64,000 nucleotides of DNA. Source: Octopus sinensis. Taxonomy: Eukaryota. This document shows positions 26,203 to 40,174 of the stretch, piece by piece. Within the stretch, counting starts at the first letter, position 1. The number at the start of each line of letters is the position of its first letter. The position numbers and the translations under genes were made by a program. The stretch is from the NCBI RefSeq assembly GCF_006345805.1, contig NC_042997.1, positions 186,000,001 to 186,064,000 on the forward strand, read 5' to 3'. A model generated the notes under the pieces. It saw only the letters and a program-made list of their open reading frames with translations, was not told where the DNA came from and ran no database searches.

Positions 26203-26505
26203 TTTTTATTTATTTATTGCGCCCTTTTCAAGCCTAGCCAGGCTCATGGGCCCGGTTTCCCGGTTTCTATTGCGTATGTGTTCCCCTCAGCTGGACGAGA
26301 TGCCGGTCAAGAAACAGGAAGAAAAAATGAGAGAAAGTTGGAGCAAAAGTGTGCAACAGGGGCCGCCACCCCATCCTACTGGAGTCTCGGGGAGCTTTAG
26401 GTGTTTTCGCTCAATAAACACACACAACGCCCGGTCTGGGAATCGAAACCGTGATCCTCCGGCCGCGAATCCGCTGCCTTAACCACTGGGCCATTACGCC
26501 TCCAC
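26203..26505 (-). mobile_element. SINE family C with 12-bp TSD
   Basis: TTATTGGAATGT at 26191-26202 and 26506-26517. Confidence 0.9.
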
Positions 26506-27090
26506 TTATTGGAATGTAAATGGAGTTTTATTAGAAACATCAAAACAAATACACGCAACAGATCTACTTACTACACGATGCAAAACAATAAATTGTGGAA
26601 GTTGTAAAGATAATTTATGAACATCCTTTAAACACACTTTTTAATTCAAGAATTGCAGCTTTCAGGATGTTTCTTCTAGATTGCGGTAAACACAAGAAAA
26701 TATTCTGTAATTTGCAGAGTATAATATTTCATATTTTATGTTAAAATTTCTCTAGCTGATTTCACTTCTCCTGATATGAAGCACCGCATTTGGACGGCAG
26801 CTCTGCTTGCTCTAAGCGATAAGTCGATTATAATCGGCTCCTTCGTTAATTTGTACGTCTGTTCACGTGTATATATATATATTATATATACCATATATAT
26901 ATATATATATTATATAATATATATATCTATATATATATATATATATATATATATCTACATATATATATATATCTTATATATATATATAATATATATATAT
27001 ACATATATATATATTATATACATATATATGAAATAAATTGATAAATAAAACATATGATATATACATACATGTATATATACACGCATATAT

Positions 27091-27240
27091 GGGTACAGGA
27101 CACCAAAAAAAAAAACGTCGAACACAATGAGAAGCGAAAACAAACGCAAAACCAAGGAACTGGACATTTTTCTTGAACAACGAAAAAATTGTGTACAGGA
27201 CAAATAACAGTTGCCAAGGTTTCATCTACTCTGCGTTTCA
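27091..27240 (-). mobile_element. Possible Penelope-like pLTR 3' fragment in TA repeats
   Basis: Minus strand starts at GAAACG and ends in a U-rich tail plus GTACCC next to (TA)n, the same layout as 6354-6530; no hammerhead 5' core. Confidence 0.4.
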
Positions 27241-27291
27241 TGTATATGTATATATATATGTGTCTGTGTGTGTGTGTGTGTGTGTGTGTCT

Positions 27292-27330
<39 letters not shown>

Positions 27331-27595
27331 TATGTGTGTGTGCTTCGAAAAGTCGTAGAAAGTAAGCTCTTTCGCTTGCTAGCTACCATTTTTTTTAAAT
27401 ATTTTTTTTTGTTTTTGTTTTTAGATTCATTTCGTTTTGATCAAACCTACCCGAACTTTTTCTTTTAAACCTGTCCAGTTCCTTTAGTTTTCTGCAGTGC
27501 ATATTTTTATTGAACATCTAGATCCCTATTCTAACATTTATGTATTGAGGAATGTCAGTCGATGGTCACTGTCGCAAACTAACCATAATATTTCA

Positions 27596-28092
27596 GGAGC
27601 ATGGCTCAGTGATTAGAGCGTCGAGCTTACGATCGTGAGGTCGTTAGTTCGATTCCCGGACTGGGCTGCGTGTTGTGTTCTTGAGCAAGACACTTTATTT
27701 CACGTTGCTCAAGTTAACTCAGCTGTAGAAATGAGTTGCGACATCGTCTGCCGTTACGTTCTGAGTTCAAATTCCGCCGAGGTCGACTTTGCCTTTCATC
27801 CTTTCGGGGTTGATTAAATAAGTACCAGTTACGCACTGGGGTCGATATAATCGGCTAAAATCAGTTTGTCTGTCCTTGTTTGTCCTCTCTATAGTTAGCC
27901 CCTTGTGGGTAGTAAAGAAATAGGTATTTCGTCCGTCATGTTCAGAGATCAAATTCCGCCCGGGTCGACTTTGCCTTCCATCATTTCGAGGTCAATGAAA
28001 TAAGTATCAGTTGAACACTGGGTTCGATGTAACTAAATTACCCCCTCCTCCCCACAAAAGTCTGGCCTTGTGCCAAAACTTGAAACCAATAT
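27596..28092 (+). mobile_element. SINE D head (27596-27745) fused to a headless SINE B dimer (27745-28092)
   Basis: Family D sequence switches at GACATCGTCTGCCGTTACG into the family B body. Confidence 0.82.
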
Positions 28093-28299
28093 TATGTTTC
28101 CATTGCAAGCATTCGAGGCCGATCTTCAGTCAGAGGACAAATTCCACCATCCGCCCTTAAAAGTTGGCTGCTTCCCAGAATAAGTGATAAACCAAAATAA
28201 GTAGAACAATTCTTTGTCGCTGTCACCTTGGCTGGTTGTTAGTTATAGTGGTGGCGCTTGTTATGTACTAGCGGGTGTAGATTTGTTCGTTTTATTTAT

Positions 28300-28687
28300 T
28301 TAGTATCGCCCGGCGTTGCTCGGGTTTGTTTCGACCCTTTAGAATTGGAATTTTTAAAAAGTAGAAATTTTGCATTATGTAGCTTGTTATTCTCTTTAAG
28401 TGAACATTTTTCTGGTCGAAATCCACCGAAAAATGGCGAAACAGCAGTCAAAAAATTGTAAAAAATAGGGATTTTCATAGAAAAAAAGCACCTTTTTGAT
28501 TTAAATAATTTTTGATGTTAACATGGTCCGATTTGAATTTTATCTTCTACGGAATGAAGAGCAAGCCTTCTTCTATCATACTTTCAATTTTTGGTCAACT
28601 TGCGCCGCAGGGTCTCGGAGGAGATAGTGTTAGTTGAAGGCTATCAAACCTGCCACACACAGACAACTTCAGCTTTATATATTTAGA
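28300..28687 (-). mobile_element. Non-autonomous Helitron
   Basis: Minus strand begins A|TC(TAAATATATAAAGC...) and ends with the CCCGAGCAACGCCGGG hairpin (28309-28324) shortly before a degenerate CTAA/CTAG end. Confidence 0.7.
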
Positions 28688-28928
28688 TTTATTTTTGATG
28701 GTACTGGGCAAATGCTGAAGGTATTTATGATGGTGTTGCCAATAGTACTGGTGAGTGCCGATGGCACTGAGTATCATAGTGGAGCGAGTGAAGGTTGCGA
28801 CGGTGTCAGCGGCGGCAATGCGGCAGCGGTGGCAATGCGGCAGCGACGGCAGTGCGGCAGCGGCGACACTGCGACAGTAGTGGCACGACGACAGCGGCAC
28901 GGTGATGCTATTGTTGTTGTTGTTTTAT

Positions 28929-29163
28929 GGCGGCGAGCTGGCCGAAACGTTAGCACGCCGGGCGAAATGCTTAGCGGTATTTCGTCTGCCGCTACATTCT
29001 GAGTTAAAATTCCACCGAGGTCGACTTTGCCTTTCATCCTTTCGGGGTCGATAAATTAAGTACCAGTTACGCACTGGGGTCGATGTAATCGACTTAATTC
29101 CTATGTCTGTCCTTGTTTGTCCCCTCTGTGTTTAGCCTCATGTGGGTAATAAAGAAATAGGTA
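28929..29163 (+). mobile_element. SINE family B
   Basis: Consensus match; flanked by TATTGTTGTTGTT on both sides. Confidence 0.92.
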
Positions 29164-29833
29164 TTGTTGTTGTTGTTGTTAGTGATGGTGGTGGTGGTGG
29201 TGGTGGTAGCGTTGGTAGTTATCGGAGTTATAGTGATACAGGAGTAATGAGGTAAAGGCGTTGATGTCCATTTCGTTTGTGGTGGTCGTGCTGTAAATAT
29301 GTGTGATTTTTGATAGTGCTATTAGCACTTGACTTATTGATTTTTAACCATTTATCAATTAGGGATGCAATTCAAGTGAGGATGTAGTAATTATGGAACA
29401 TTATAATTGATCAAAACATTTATCATCACTATGAGTGCATTAGAAAAGTCACTAAACGATTTAACACCGAGTTGTGCACTATTTCTAATATCCTCTTCAT
29501 ATTTATAGACGCCCAAACTGAAAGCGCTCGGAAATTATCACGTAATATTAGGGTGAGGTGCCAACTTTTCTCAATTCAACAGAATAGATACAAAATTAAT
29601 AGCCTTAATCAAAACTAAGTACTTATTATTGAAGCAGGATTTGTGAAATGCCATACAAATATGCATTAAAATTGGGTGGGTGTCCGGAAGTTTATGCTGC
29701 GCAGTTGCCTCACTGCTGTCCATCTGGACGTATGGGTGTATATGTCTACACATATGCGTATCTGTGGGTCATTTCACTGACTCTTGGATGGGGCTAAAAC
29801 ATGGGATATAATGGTGATAATGGTGAGAGGATG

Positions 29834-29867
<34 letters not shown>

Positions 29868-30035
29868 GAGAGAGACAGAGAGAGAGAGAAGTTGGGAGAA
29901 AGGGAAAAGAGAGACAGGTGGAAAAAAGAAATATATTTCTGTCTGTGTGTATGTATATATTTCCGTGTGCGACAGCATTGACTGCCTTACCTGCAATGTT
30001 CCTATTTCTGTTTGTATAATGGTTATAGATACATA

Positions 30036-30257
30036 TATTTCTTTATTACCCACAAGGAGCAAAACATAGAGGGGACAGACAAAGGTATTAAGTCGATTAC
30101 ATCGACCCCAGTGTGTAACTGGTACTTAATTTATCGATCCCGAAAGGATGAAAGGCAAAGTCGACCTCGGTGAAATTTGAACTCAGAACGTAACGGCAGA
30201 CGAAATACCGTTAAGCATCTCGTCCGACGTGCTAACGTTTCTGCCTGCTCGCCGCCT
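30036..30257 (-). mobile_element. SINE family B with long TSD
   Basis: TATAATGGTTATAGATA on both flanks (about 30015 and 30258). Confidence 0.92.
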
Positions 30258-30524
30258 TATAATGGTTATAGATATATAGCAATAAACTGTTGTTAATTTT
30301 CTGTTCTGATTAGATAGGATAATTCTGATTAGATATAGGATAAGCATAAATAACTATTGCTTTTTGAACGAGCATTGTTTCACTAAAATTATTGGCGTAC
30401 ATTTTTTAAAAACTCTACTAGATCGCAAATATATTTGTCTGAAGCGAACCACAGACCCAGCAATACCTGACACCAACTGGGTTTCGTATAATATAGTAAT
30501 TTTAGATACTCCTTTGCTACTATT

Positions 30525-30715
30525 TACTGTTTTACTGTTTTACTTGTTTACTGGAGCACCGCCTTTAGTCGAGCAAATCGACCCCGGGACTTATTCTTTG
30601 TAAGCCTAGTGCTTATTCTATCGGTCTCTCTTGCCGAACCGCTAAGTTACGGGGACGTACGCATACCAGCATCGGTTGTCAAGTGATGTTGGGGGAAACA
30701 AACACAGACACATAA

Positions 30716-30746
<31 letters not shown>

Positions 30747-30935
30747 TATATATATTATATATATATATATATACGACGGGCTTTTTCAGTTTCCGTCTAC
30801 CAAATCCACTCACAAGACTGTGGTCGGCCCGAAGCTATAGTAGAATACACTTGCCCAAGGTGCCACGCAGTGGGAATGAACCTGGAACCATGTAATTGGT
30901 AAGCAAGCTACTTACCACGCAGCCACACCGGCGCC
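30525..30935 (-). mobile_element. SINE family A
   Basis: Consensus match on the minus strand. Confidence 0.9.
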
Positions 30936-31393
30936 TATAAATTACTGACGATGAAAAATAATCCAATAATTCAGCATATTTTTTAAAGAGGTATAAATGG
31001 CGTAAGAATAACAGAGTATCGAAACCTTGCCATCCGTTCGGATTACAAGGCACTTGTCTCTTTCTCAACACCACGGTTGTGAATCATACCAATAGTATGA
31101 TATATGTTTCAATTATAAAAGACCACGTTAAAGTAACGTGGAATTAGATAAAATTCAGATCTAAGGAATCAACAATATATTATACAAGGATGCTTTCAAA
31201 TGAAACTTGCTAGTATTTTTATGTCATCAATTTCTACCATATTTATTCGGAATCATTACAAATTCTATAGCAGTAAATTTGTGTATAATTATTTCAACCA
31301 AAGAATTTCTAATAACTTTAGTTTGCTCAGAAGCCTGGAATTAGTATACATCATTCGCAGAACAAATAAATCAACTTTGAAATATAATCAGAT

Positions 31394-31441
<48 letters not shown>

Positions 31442-31489
31442 TAATATATGTGTATATATGTCTGTCTGTGTATTTCTATCTATATATGT

Positions 31490-31567
<78 letters not shown>

Positions 31568-32089
31568 CATATACAAACATATACAAACTCTTATACACAG
31601 ATATACGAGCACGTGCACACACACCTACATACCTACATATCCACATATACATTTATAGCCATTAAGAAGAATATATTATAAAATGTACTTTTAATCTTGT
31701 TTCTCAACATTTGTAAATTGTCAGTGAGACACAACCATTTATACAAAAGATTACTATTTAATTCATGATTAACCATTTAGCTCTTGATAGACAAAATTTC
31801 TAAATATTTATTTAATGTTGAAAAAAAATCACCCCTTTATTAATTCATTTTCATTTTTTTAAATATTTTTAATAATTTTCTCATTACAGTTAAGAGGCTA
31901 GGTATCTTTGGAATATTAAATAAGAAAATATGTGGTATACAGCATTTAAGAAGCTACAAATAGAGCAAAATGTTTCATAAGATTTAAAAAAATAAGCGTA
32001 TCCTATGTCTTTGAAAGTGTCCTGTGTCATATATAATTTATACTGAAAATTGCTCCTTCCAGTTTCCATGTTGGTAAAATATTAACTGA

Positions 32090-32442
32090 CTAGCACTATG
32101 ACCCAGCAACGCCGGGTCGTAGTGCTAGTGCATACATATACAGCTGCGTGCGTGCGCGTACTCTCCAAATCTCCGACCAATCACATACAGCTAGCTGGCA
32201 TTCAGTTGGTGTATCAAGTTTCGAGCATTTTGATTGGGTTTTGGATAGAAAATTACAAAAAAGTCAGTTCTATTGATTTTTTAATGGTTTTGCGGGGTGG
32301 CTGGAGAAATGTAAAGATGTGCACGACTACCCTTGGACAATTTTAAATAACCATAAAAAGTGCGAACCCTCTAACTGAAACATTGTGGATTTGTATAAAG
32401 GACACACACACAGACATTTTGCCGTTTATATATATATAGAGA
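32090..32442 (-). mobile_element. Non-autonomous Helitron
   Basis: Minus strand A|TCTCTATATATAT...CTAG|T with terminal hairpin ACTAGCACTATGACCC...GGGTCGTAGTGCTAGT (32089-32129). Confidence 0.75.
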
Positions 32443-32562
32443 TGTCTAGATAGGACTATTGGAATGACAATGTACGGTATGGATTAAGAGCGCCTTTTAA
32501 GCTCTAACGCATCTATTTTCGCATTAAACGAGAACTGACTACATTGTTACAATAAATATATA

Positions 32563-32757
32563 ATCCTTTCTACTCGGGGCACAAGGCCTGGAAATTAGTG
32601 GGACTGGATAGTCCATTACATCTACCCAGACTGGCCCTTATTTTATAGACATCGAAAGGACGAAAGACAAAGTTGACCTCGGTGGTATTTGAACACAGAA
32701 TATAAATCGGAAGAGATGCAGCGAGGTATTTTGTCCGATTCTGCCGGCTCGACGTCT
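32563..32757 (-). mobile_element. SINE family B, diverged
   Basis: Degenerate central domain and tail. Confidence 0.7.
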
Positions 32758-33063
32758 TATATACATGCAATGAAAGACTACAGTTTAACACAAAGGCTAC
32801 TAGCCAGTATAGCCAAGCTACTGTTACTGTGTCGAATAATAAACCTGGAAGGACTTGTACTGAATATTAAAAGGCAATGAGATTCTTGTTACTTATGTTA
32901 CTGAATCAAACTTTGAATAATCTAGATCATCCTGATTTGAGAGATTTTGCCTAGGACTCAGAATATTAATGCTGGTCATCAGTTTTAAATAAATGGATTC
33001 TGAGCTATTAAGTAAAGAAAATCAATTATGGGTCAGTTTAAGTAAATAAACTGTGAATCTATG

Positions 33064-33234
33064 GGCGCAGGAGTGGCTGTGTGGTAAGTAGCTTGATTAC
33101 CAACCACATGGTTCAGGGTTCAGTCACACTGCGTGGAACCTTGGGCAAGTGTCTTCTACTATAGCCTCGGGCCGATCAAAGCCATGTGAGTGGATTTGGT
33201 AGACGGAAACTGGAAGAAGCCCGTCGTATATATG

Positions 33235-33286
<52 letters not shown>

Positions 33287-33502
33287 CGTGTTTGTGTGTC
33301 TGTGCTTGTACTCCCAACATCGCTTGACAACCGATGCTGGTGTGTTTACGTCCTAGTAACTTAGCGGTTCGGCAAAATAGACCGATAGAATAAATACTAG
33401 GCTGACAAAGAATAAGTCCCAGGGTCGATTTGCTCGACTAAAGGCGGTGCTCCAGTATGGCCGCAGTCAAATGACTGAAACAAATAAAAGAGTAAAAGAG
33501 TA
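33064..33502 (+). mobile_element. SINE family A, full length
   Basis: Consensus match. Confidence 0.93.
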
Positions 33503-34511
33503 ATTACCCCAGTATGCTAAGGTACTTAAACTCTAAAGAACAGGTGCTCTGTATTCGTAGTTCTTTACATTAAAAGCATCTATGCAATAAAATGGTTTTT
33601 TCTTAAAGGAAAAACAATTGAAATTTGTCTGAAAGATATAAAGGTAATGTACATAAATGTATGTAGCTATATTATATTAAAGAAAAAGCAATCAGTTACT
33701 TTCTCTAAGTATGTTGGTATTAGTATCAAAGGTGTATAAATTCCGCATTCATGAATTATTTATAGCCCTTATGAAGTATATATAACTCTGATGTTAATGT
33801 TGCCGAATACTTTCTATAAATGTTAAGAAAGAGCTGATTTAATTAGCGAGATGTTGTCCTTAGCGCACATGTTATTGATTCGTAAACCAGTCTTAGTATT
33901 GTAATAGATACCGTAATTTCCAAGGCTGATACAGAGAGCTGAAATAAATGATTTATAGCTATGTTTTTGAAGCTGTACCTCTCTCAATTAACGACCTGAC
34001 AGTTTGAAGCTGTATCATCCTCAATTAACAACCTGACGTAATTAAATAAGCTTCTTCTTTCAGCGAAACAGAAAAAAAATATATATATAGAGATATACCT
34101 GAAAAATACTAAGTAACGTATTTTCTCTGAGAAAAGCAATATTTCACTTCATCAAAATTTATTTTGTTTTTGTTGATGATATAGAAGGACGAAATTGGTA
34201 CGAGCAACAGTCAGCCGGATTAGATGCGTTACATGCGTTACATCCGATTTTCATTTGAACATGAAGCAAAAACAAGTAAAGTACAGAAGAAACAGTATAT
34301 CATTAGTCTCATCCTTTATACATCATTAATCTTCAGTCAAATTAAAACTCTGAGTAGAATTTTATACAGTTAACGGTTTAATATATACTAATGAAATAGC
34401 TGAGAAAGATACGGTTCTGAACTACCACCTCCAAAGTTTCCAGTTTGAATCCATTAAAAGCACTTTGTTGAGTATTTGGCAATCATTATCAAAACTACAT
34501 GTTACAGTATA

Positions 34512-34674
34512 GGCGCAGGAGTGGCTGTGTGGTAAGTAGCTTGCTAACCAACCACATGGTTCCGGGTTCAGTCCCACTGCGTGGCATCTTGGGCAAGTGT
34601 CTTCTGCTATAGCCCCGGGCCGACCAATGCCTTGTGAGTGGATTTGGTAGACGGAAACTGAAAGAAGCCTGTCG

Positions 34675-34710
<36 letters not shown>

Positions 34711-34963
34711 ATATATATGTATATATATGTGTGTGTGTGTGTGTGTTTGTGTGTCTGTGTTTGTCCCCCTAGCATTGCTTAACAACCGATGCTGGTGTGT
34801 TTACGTCCCCGTCACTTAGCGGTTCGGCAAAAGAGACCGATAGAATAAGTACTGGGCTTACAAAAGAATAAGTCCCGGGGTCGAGTTGCTCGATTAAAGG
34901 TGGTGCTCCAGCATGGCCGCAGTCAAATGACTGAAACAAGTAAAAGAGTAAAAGAGTAAAGAG
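34512..34963 (+). mobile_element. SINE family A, full length
   Basis: Consensus match. Confidence 0.93.
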
Positions 34964-34979
34964 TTCACTTAATTTCGTG

Positions 34980-35942
34980 CAGCGGTTCTCAACCATTTTT
35001 TTTTCTACTTTTTTATCTATGGACCCCTATGATTATTACCTTACTCTGGTGAACCCCCATAGCCATTCAGTGTACAAAAACTAGTTTTATACTAAACTTC
35101 TTTCAAAATTTCAATTTTGTTTATCACACGTTAAATTGTATAGGTTTGCAATAGTGCTTTCTGATCTCTGAGAGAACATGTTTCCGTGGCTTGAAGCACG
35201 TTAAGCTACGTAAACTGTTAAAGAATGAAATTTAGCTGTTGCTTGCAATAAATACATCTAATACAAAGTATTTTTCATGGACCCTTCAAAATACTATTGT
35301 AAGTTCCCAATTTACTATTTTGCTTGTGTGGACCCCAAAATCTTATATGGACCCACAAGCGTCGTATGGACCCTGATTGACCATGAAACCTAACTCTTGC
35401 TTGCAATAAATACATCTAAAACAAAATATTTTTCTAAAATAGAAATATCATTATTTCTAATTCTCTCTAAAGGAGACTACGGCAGTGGTACTGGATATTA
35501 ATAGTTATCGCCAAGCTAACATGGCAGTTCAGAAAAACAGGACGAATGCTGCCGTTGATTTGCTCCAAGAGGCCATCGCCTCTAGCTAGCTATGTGGCAC
35601 ACAAACCTCTGTCGAAACTAGTCTGTGGATGCCTGACCAGCAAGGGGGAGCTGCTGACCTCTCCTGTTCGAAGGTTATAATGGACATAGGTTTGTGTGTC
35701 ACATAGCTAGCTAGAGGTAATGGCCTCCTGGAGCTAATCAACGACAGCATTCGTCCTATCTTCTGGACTACCATGTTAGCTTGGCGATAACTATTAAAAT
35801 ATTTTTCATGGACCTTATAAAATACTGCTGTAGATTCCCAATTTATAATTTTGCTTGTGAAGACACCCAAAGTCTTATATGGACCCCCAAAGTCTTATAT
35901 GGACCCCCCAGGCGTCATGTGGGCGCTAGTTGAGAACCATTG
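34980..35942. mobile_element. hAT (Charlie-like) MITE with internal duplications and a nested MITE
   Basis: Termini CAGCGGTTCTCAAC / GTTGAGAACCATTG; 8-bp flanks ATTTCGTG and ATTTAGAG (6/8); repeated GGACCC modules. Confidence 0.75.
35502..35793. mobile_element. Fold-back MITE with ~112-bp inverted arms, flanked by TTAA
   Basis: 35502-35613 is complementary to 35683-35793 (TAGTTATCGCCAAGCTAACATGG.../...CCATGTTAGCTTGGCGATAACTA); TTAA at 35498-35501 and 35794-35797. Confidence 0.85.
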
Positions 35943-36309
35943 ATTTAGAGAATATGTGTCCCCAGGTCATGTGAAATGCCACTTGTGATAGAAACACTAT
36001 CCAGATAAATAGTATGCTTGTCCTTCCGTAATTATGTAATTTTGTGAAGCTAAAACCTATCAACAAGTCTTTAATGTTATAATCAGGGATGATGATTCGT
36101 GTATACATATAATATAGTCAGTTTCAGTGATATACTGTATTCGGGTTGGATCGTAAAACTGTCGAGTTACTTCCCAGAATAGAATAAATACCATTTGTTG
36201 TTGCTGTCGTTTGTGACGATGATGATGATGATGAGGATGAGCATAATGATAATGATGATTATGGCGGTAGTATTAGTGACGCTGATGGTGGTGGTTGTAG
36301 TAAAGCTGA

Positions 36310-36341
<32 letters not shown>

Positions 36342-36716
36342 ATGATGGTGGTGGCGATGATGATGATGACGACCATGATGATGATGGTGGTGATGGTGGT
36401 GATGATGGTGGTGATGATGATGATGATGATGATGATCATCATCATCATCATCATCATCATCATTATCATTTTCATGATCATCATCATGGCATCACTACCC
36501 ATGATGATGATGATGATGATGTTGTATCAACACAATTAAGGCGTTAACATACATAATATAATAAGCCAAGAAATATAGATTTATTCAAATAAAATTACAA
36601 ACTTTACATGACGTGTGAGAATATCATTATGATTATGTAAATGACAAATTCTAGGCTAAAAAAAAACAGAAAAGAAATAAGGGGGAAAACCCTTAAATTT
36701 TAGTTAATATAAATTA

Positions 36717-37275
36717 AGTGGCTATGTGGTGTGGTAAGTAGGTTGCTTACTACCCACATGGTTTCGGGTTCAGTCCCATAGCGTGTAACATTGGGCAAAT
36801 GTCTTCTGCTATAGCCTCGGGCCGACCAAAGCCTTGTGAGTGGATTTGGTAGACAGAAACCGAAAGAAGCTTGTCGTATATATATATATATATATATATA
36901 AACAAAGATAAATGCGATACAATAAAATTAATTATAATCGCCGGTGTACCAGTACACGCCATATATTATACATATATCATTACATTCAAGGCGAAGAGTG
37001 TACTAGATACACAATAGCTGGATAAATTTAGTGAGATGAGAATTAAAAACTTTTACAATATATATGTATATATTTGTGTGTCTGTGTTTGTCTCCCCCAA
37101 CATCGCTTGACAACCGATATTGGTGTATTTACATCCCCGTAACTTAGCGTTTCAGCAAAAAACCCAATAGAAGAAATACTAGGCTTACAACGAATAAGTC
37201 CTTGGGTCGATTTCTTCGACTAAAGGCGATGCTCCGGCATGGCCGCTGTCAAACGCCTGAAACAAATTAAAGAAT
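36717..37275 (+). mobile_element. SINE family A split by an insertion (36901-37057) in its internal (TA)n
   Basis: Both SINE halves are collinear around about 157 bp of foreign sequence. Confidence 0.85.
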
Positions 37276-37776
37276 AGAATGCAATATGGCGGTGCAGACA
37301 AAAATATACATGTTGCTGACCACGTAGAATTAGCAATCCATTGATCACTCAAGGTGAATCAACAAGATTAACATATTATATAGTGGATACAAATCAATAT
37401 ACTATATACCCACTACACACATTCTCAGTCCCGCTCCCTCTAGTATCATAATTAGCGAAAATAAATGATTTAATATCTCACTACTTTCGTTTCCATTTTA
37501 AGTATGTGCAAAAACAGAAATAGCGATTCTACTTAGCTTTCATGGCGTTCGTAAACACACGAGAAGTATTTGTGCATTGCAACATTTGTGATAAACATCA
37601 GAGAGCAGAGCAGGGCTTTGGGCTGAAGATTAATTTATAACCGTCAAAGCGCAGATGGAATACACATTTATTATCTATCTGGAAGCTATGAACGAGATTT
37701 AAATCTAGCGTTGTTCATTTTCATTTGATGCTGCACACTTCTTCAATTAGGATACATACATACATACATACATGCT

Positions 37777-37808
<32 letters not shown>

Positions 37809-38595
37809 ATATATATACGTATATATGTTTGTCTATAAGTGACGTATGTGCGTATGCATGAATGTATGTCTTGCTCGGGAAGTAATTTTAAACATGAAAT
37901 ATATTGTAATATTATTTGTTAAATATTGTTCGAGTTATTATCAGAGAAGACTGTTGCTTTTTGAGATCAATCAAGTTTACGTTTCTCTTCTTTCTTCCTC
38001 CACCTTTTCTCACTCTCTATATACACCACACACACACAAACACGCACACACATACATAATACATACATACATATATACAGATGTGTGTGCATGTGTGTGT
38101 GTGTGTGTGTGTTTCTGTGTTTATTTGTCTAATTATCTCTCTATTTCTCTCTGACAATGTGTGTCTCTATTTGTATTTTAACTAATTCTTATCATCATGA
38201 TTGTCTGAGGAGAAAAATGGTGGTAGGGGTAGTAATAATGGTGGTAATAGTGGTGGCGGTGGCGGTAGTGGTGGGTATCAGTTAGCTCAGTCTTTGTGTT
38301 TGATATGAAGCTCCAGGAGTTAAATCTCTAATCACTTTTGAGAAGACATGAGAAGGAGTAGTAAGGAGGTTTCATTAAAGCAGCAAAACTGAAAACGAAA
38401 GACAGCCTTTGAATGGCTGGTAAAAGCAAGAGAGACAGGCAAGTCAAGAAACAAAATGGGGTGGTTATCATTGACTCTATCATTATTTCTCTATTTCTCT
38501 CCCTCTTTCTCTCTCTCTCTCCATCTCTCTATCTCTCTGTCTATCTATCTGGCTAGCTAACTAGCTCTATCTCTCAGTTATCTCTTTGTTACTCT

Positions 38596-38639
<44 letters not shown>

Positions 38640-40007
38640 ATGTCTTTCTTTTCCTCCGTATCATTATGAATCATGAAAAGGAAGGATAGTTTATGATGAA
38701 TGCAGAATATTACAGCTGTGCATACGTAACTAATTTCATTAAATTACTTTTATCAAAATCGTTCACGGCATGATCACAGGAAGTAGGAGTTAGTCTAGAC
38801 ATCGGCAACGACGCGCTGCAACGACAATTGACTGCAGCAATAGCAGCTGAATCGACGTAAACAACAACAACAACAACAACAACAACTGATTGTTGCAGCA
38901 ACATGACCAACAACATCATCATTAACATTAAACAACAATAATTGCAGCAATTACGTAACTGCAAGTCTCAATAACAACGACAGCGGTAACAGCCATCTTA
39001 TCTTAAGAAGCCGTAAGACTGTAAAAACTGCTAACGATTTTACGAGAAGTTGCGATATTCATCCATTTTTTAAAATATATATTTTTTTTTATTGGTGTTT
39101 GTTTGCGTTAAAAGTTACCGAGCAGAAGAAGTCAAAAGCGAGATATAGATTTTGGCTTTTGCTAAGATAATCAGATTACCTAACACTGAATGAATGTAAC
39201 AGACAGAAATAACACAATGACACACGTTACGATAGCTTTACCATTAACAGCTGTTGTGGGCCTCGGTACCGAAGATGGGTAACCTCTCGCCCTCGAGTGA
39301 TATTTCTTGTACGTTCGAATTTGAAACCACTAGCTGATAAAGTATCAAGGAGATCAATATAATTCGAATCAATGTAATCAAAACGTTGGTTTTTTTTATG
39401 CCGTTTTATGCCATCTTTATTAAGCACGCCTTTTTTTTTTTTTTTTTTTTTTTTTTGGTAATTTTATTTTCACCCAAATCAAGATTAGATGTACGTATTA
39501 TTATAGATGTTATGAGGCGGCAAAGATTTTGTAAACCGCCCGCATTTACAGATTTTTTTTTTTTAGAGACAATTTAATTCTACTTTCCTGTTTCTTTGTA
39601 TTTCAATGTTCTAATAAAATAAAGACATCTTCCTGTGTCTTATACCTTTCATGTCTATCTTAAACTGCCGCCGCCGCCGTCTCACACATCACTCTACTCT
39701 TATAGGATCAACCTTTAACCTAAAAACAGAAAACAAAAACAAAAAAAAACGAAGATTTTTACGATGTTGACTTGTCACCTCAAGGTAGATACGAAAGCTA
39801 TAAATGAGGAAGTCCGCAAGAATTGGCCGGCCACTTCAGATGGTTTATGTCGACAGGAATTTGAACACATAGAAACAGAAATATTATTTAGGCCTAAAAT
39901 ACCAGATGTTTCTTCTTCGCTGTTGCATATTATATACGAAATCTTAAAGTAACTTACCTTCATATATGTATGTATGTATGTATGTATGTGTGTATGTATG
40001 TGTGTCC

Positions 40008-40054
<47 letters not shown>

Positions 40055-40174
40055 AAATTAAACATTAATTTATATTTCTCAGCGCAGATGCATTCCTACA
40101 GATTCTTATGCATTTGCAATTCGATCGTGGCTGGTAGTAAAATTGTTTCCCACTTCAATATCAGCAATCTACAT

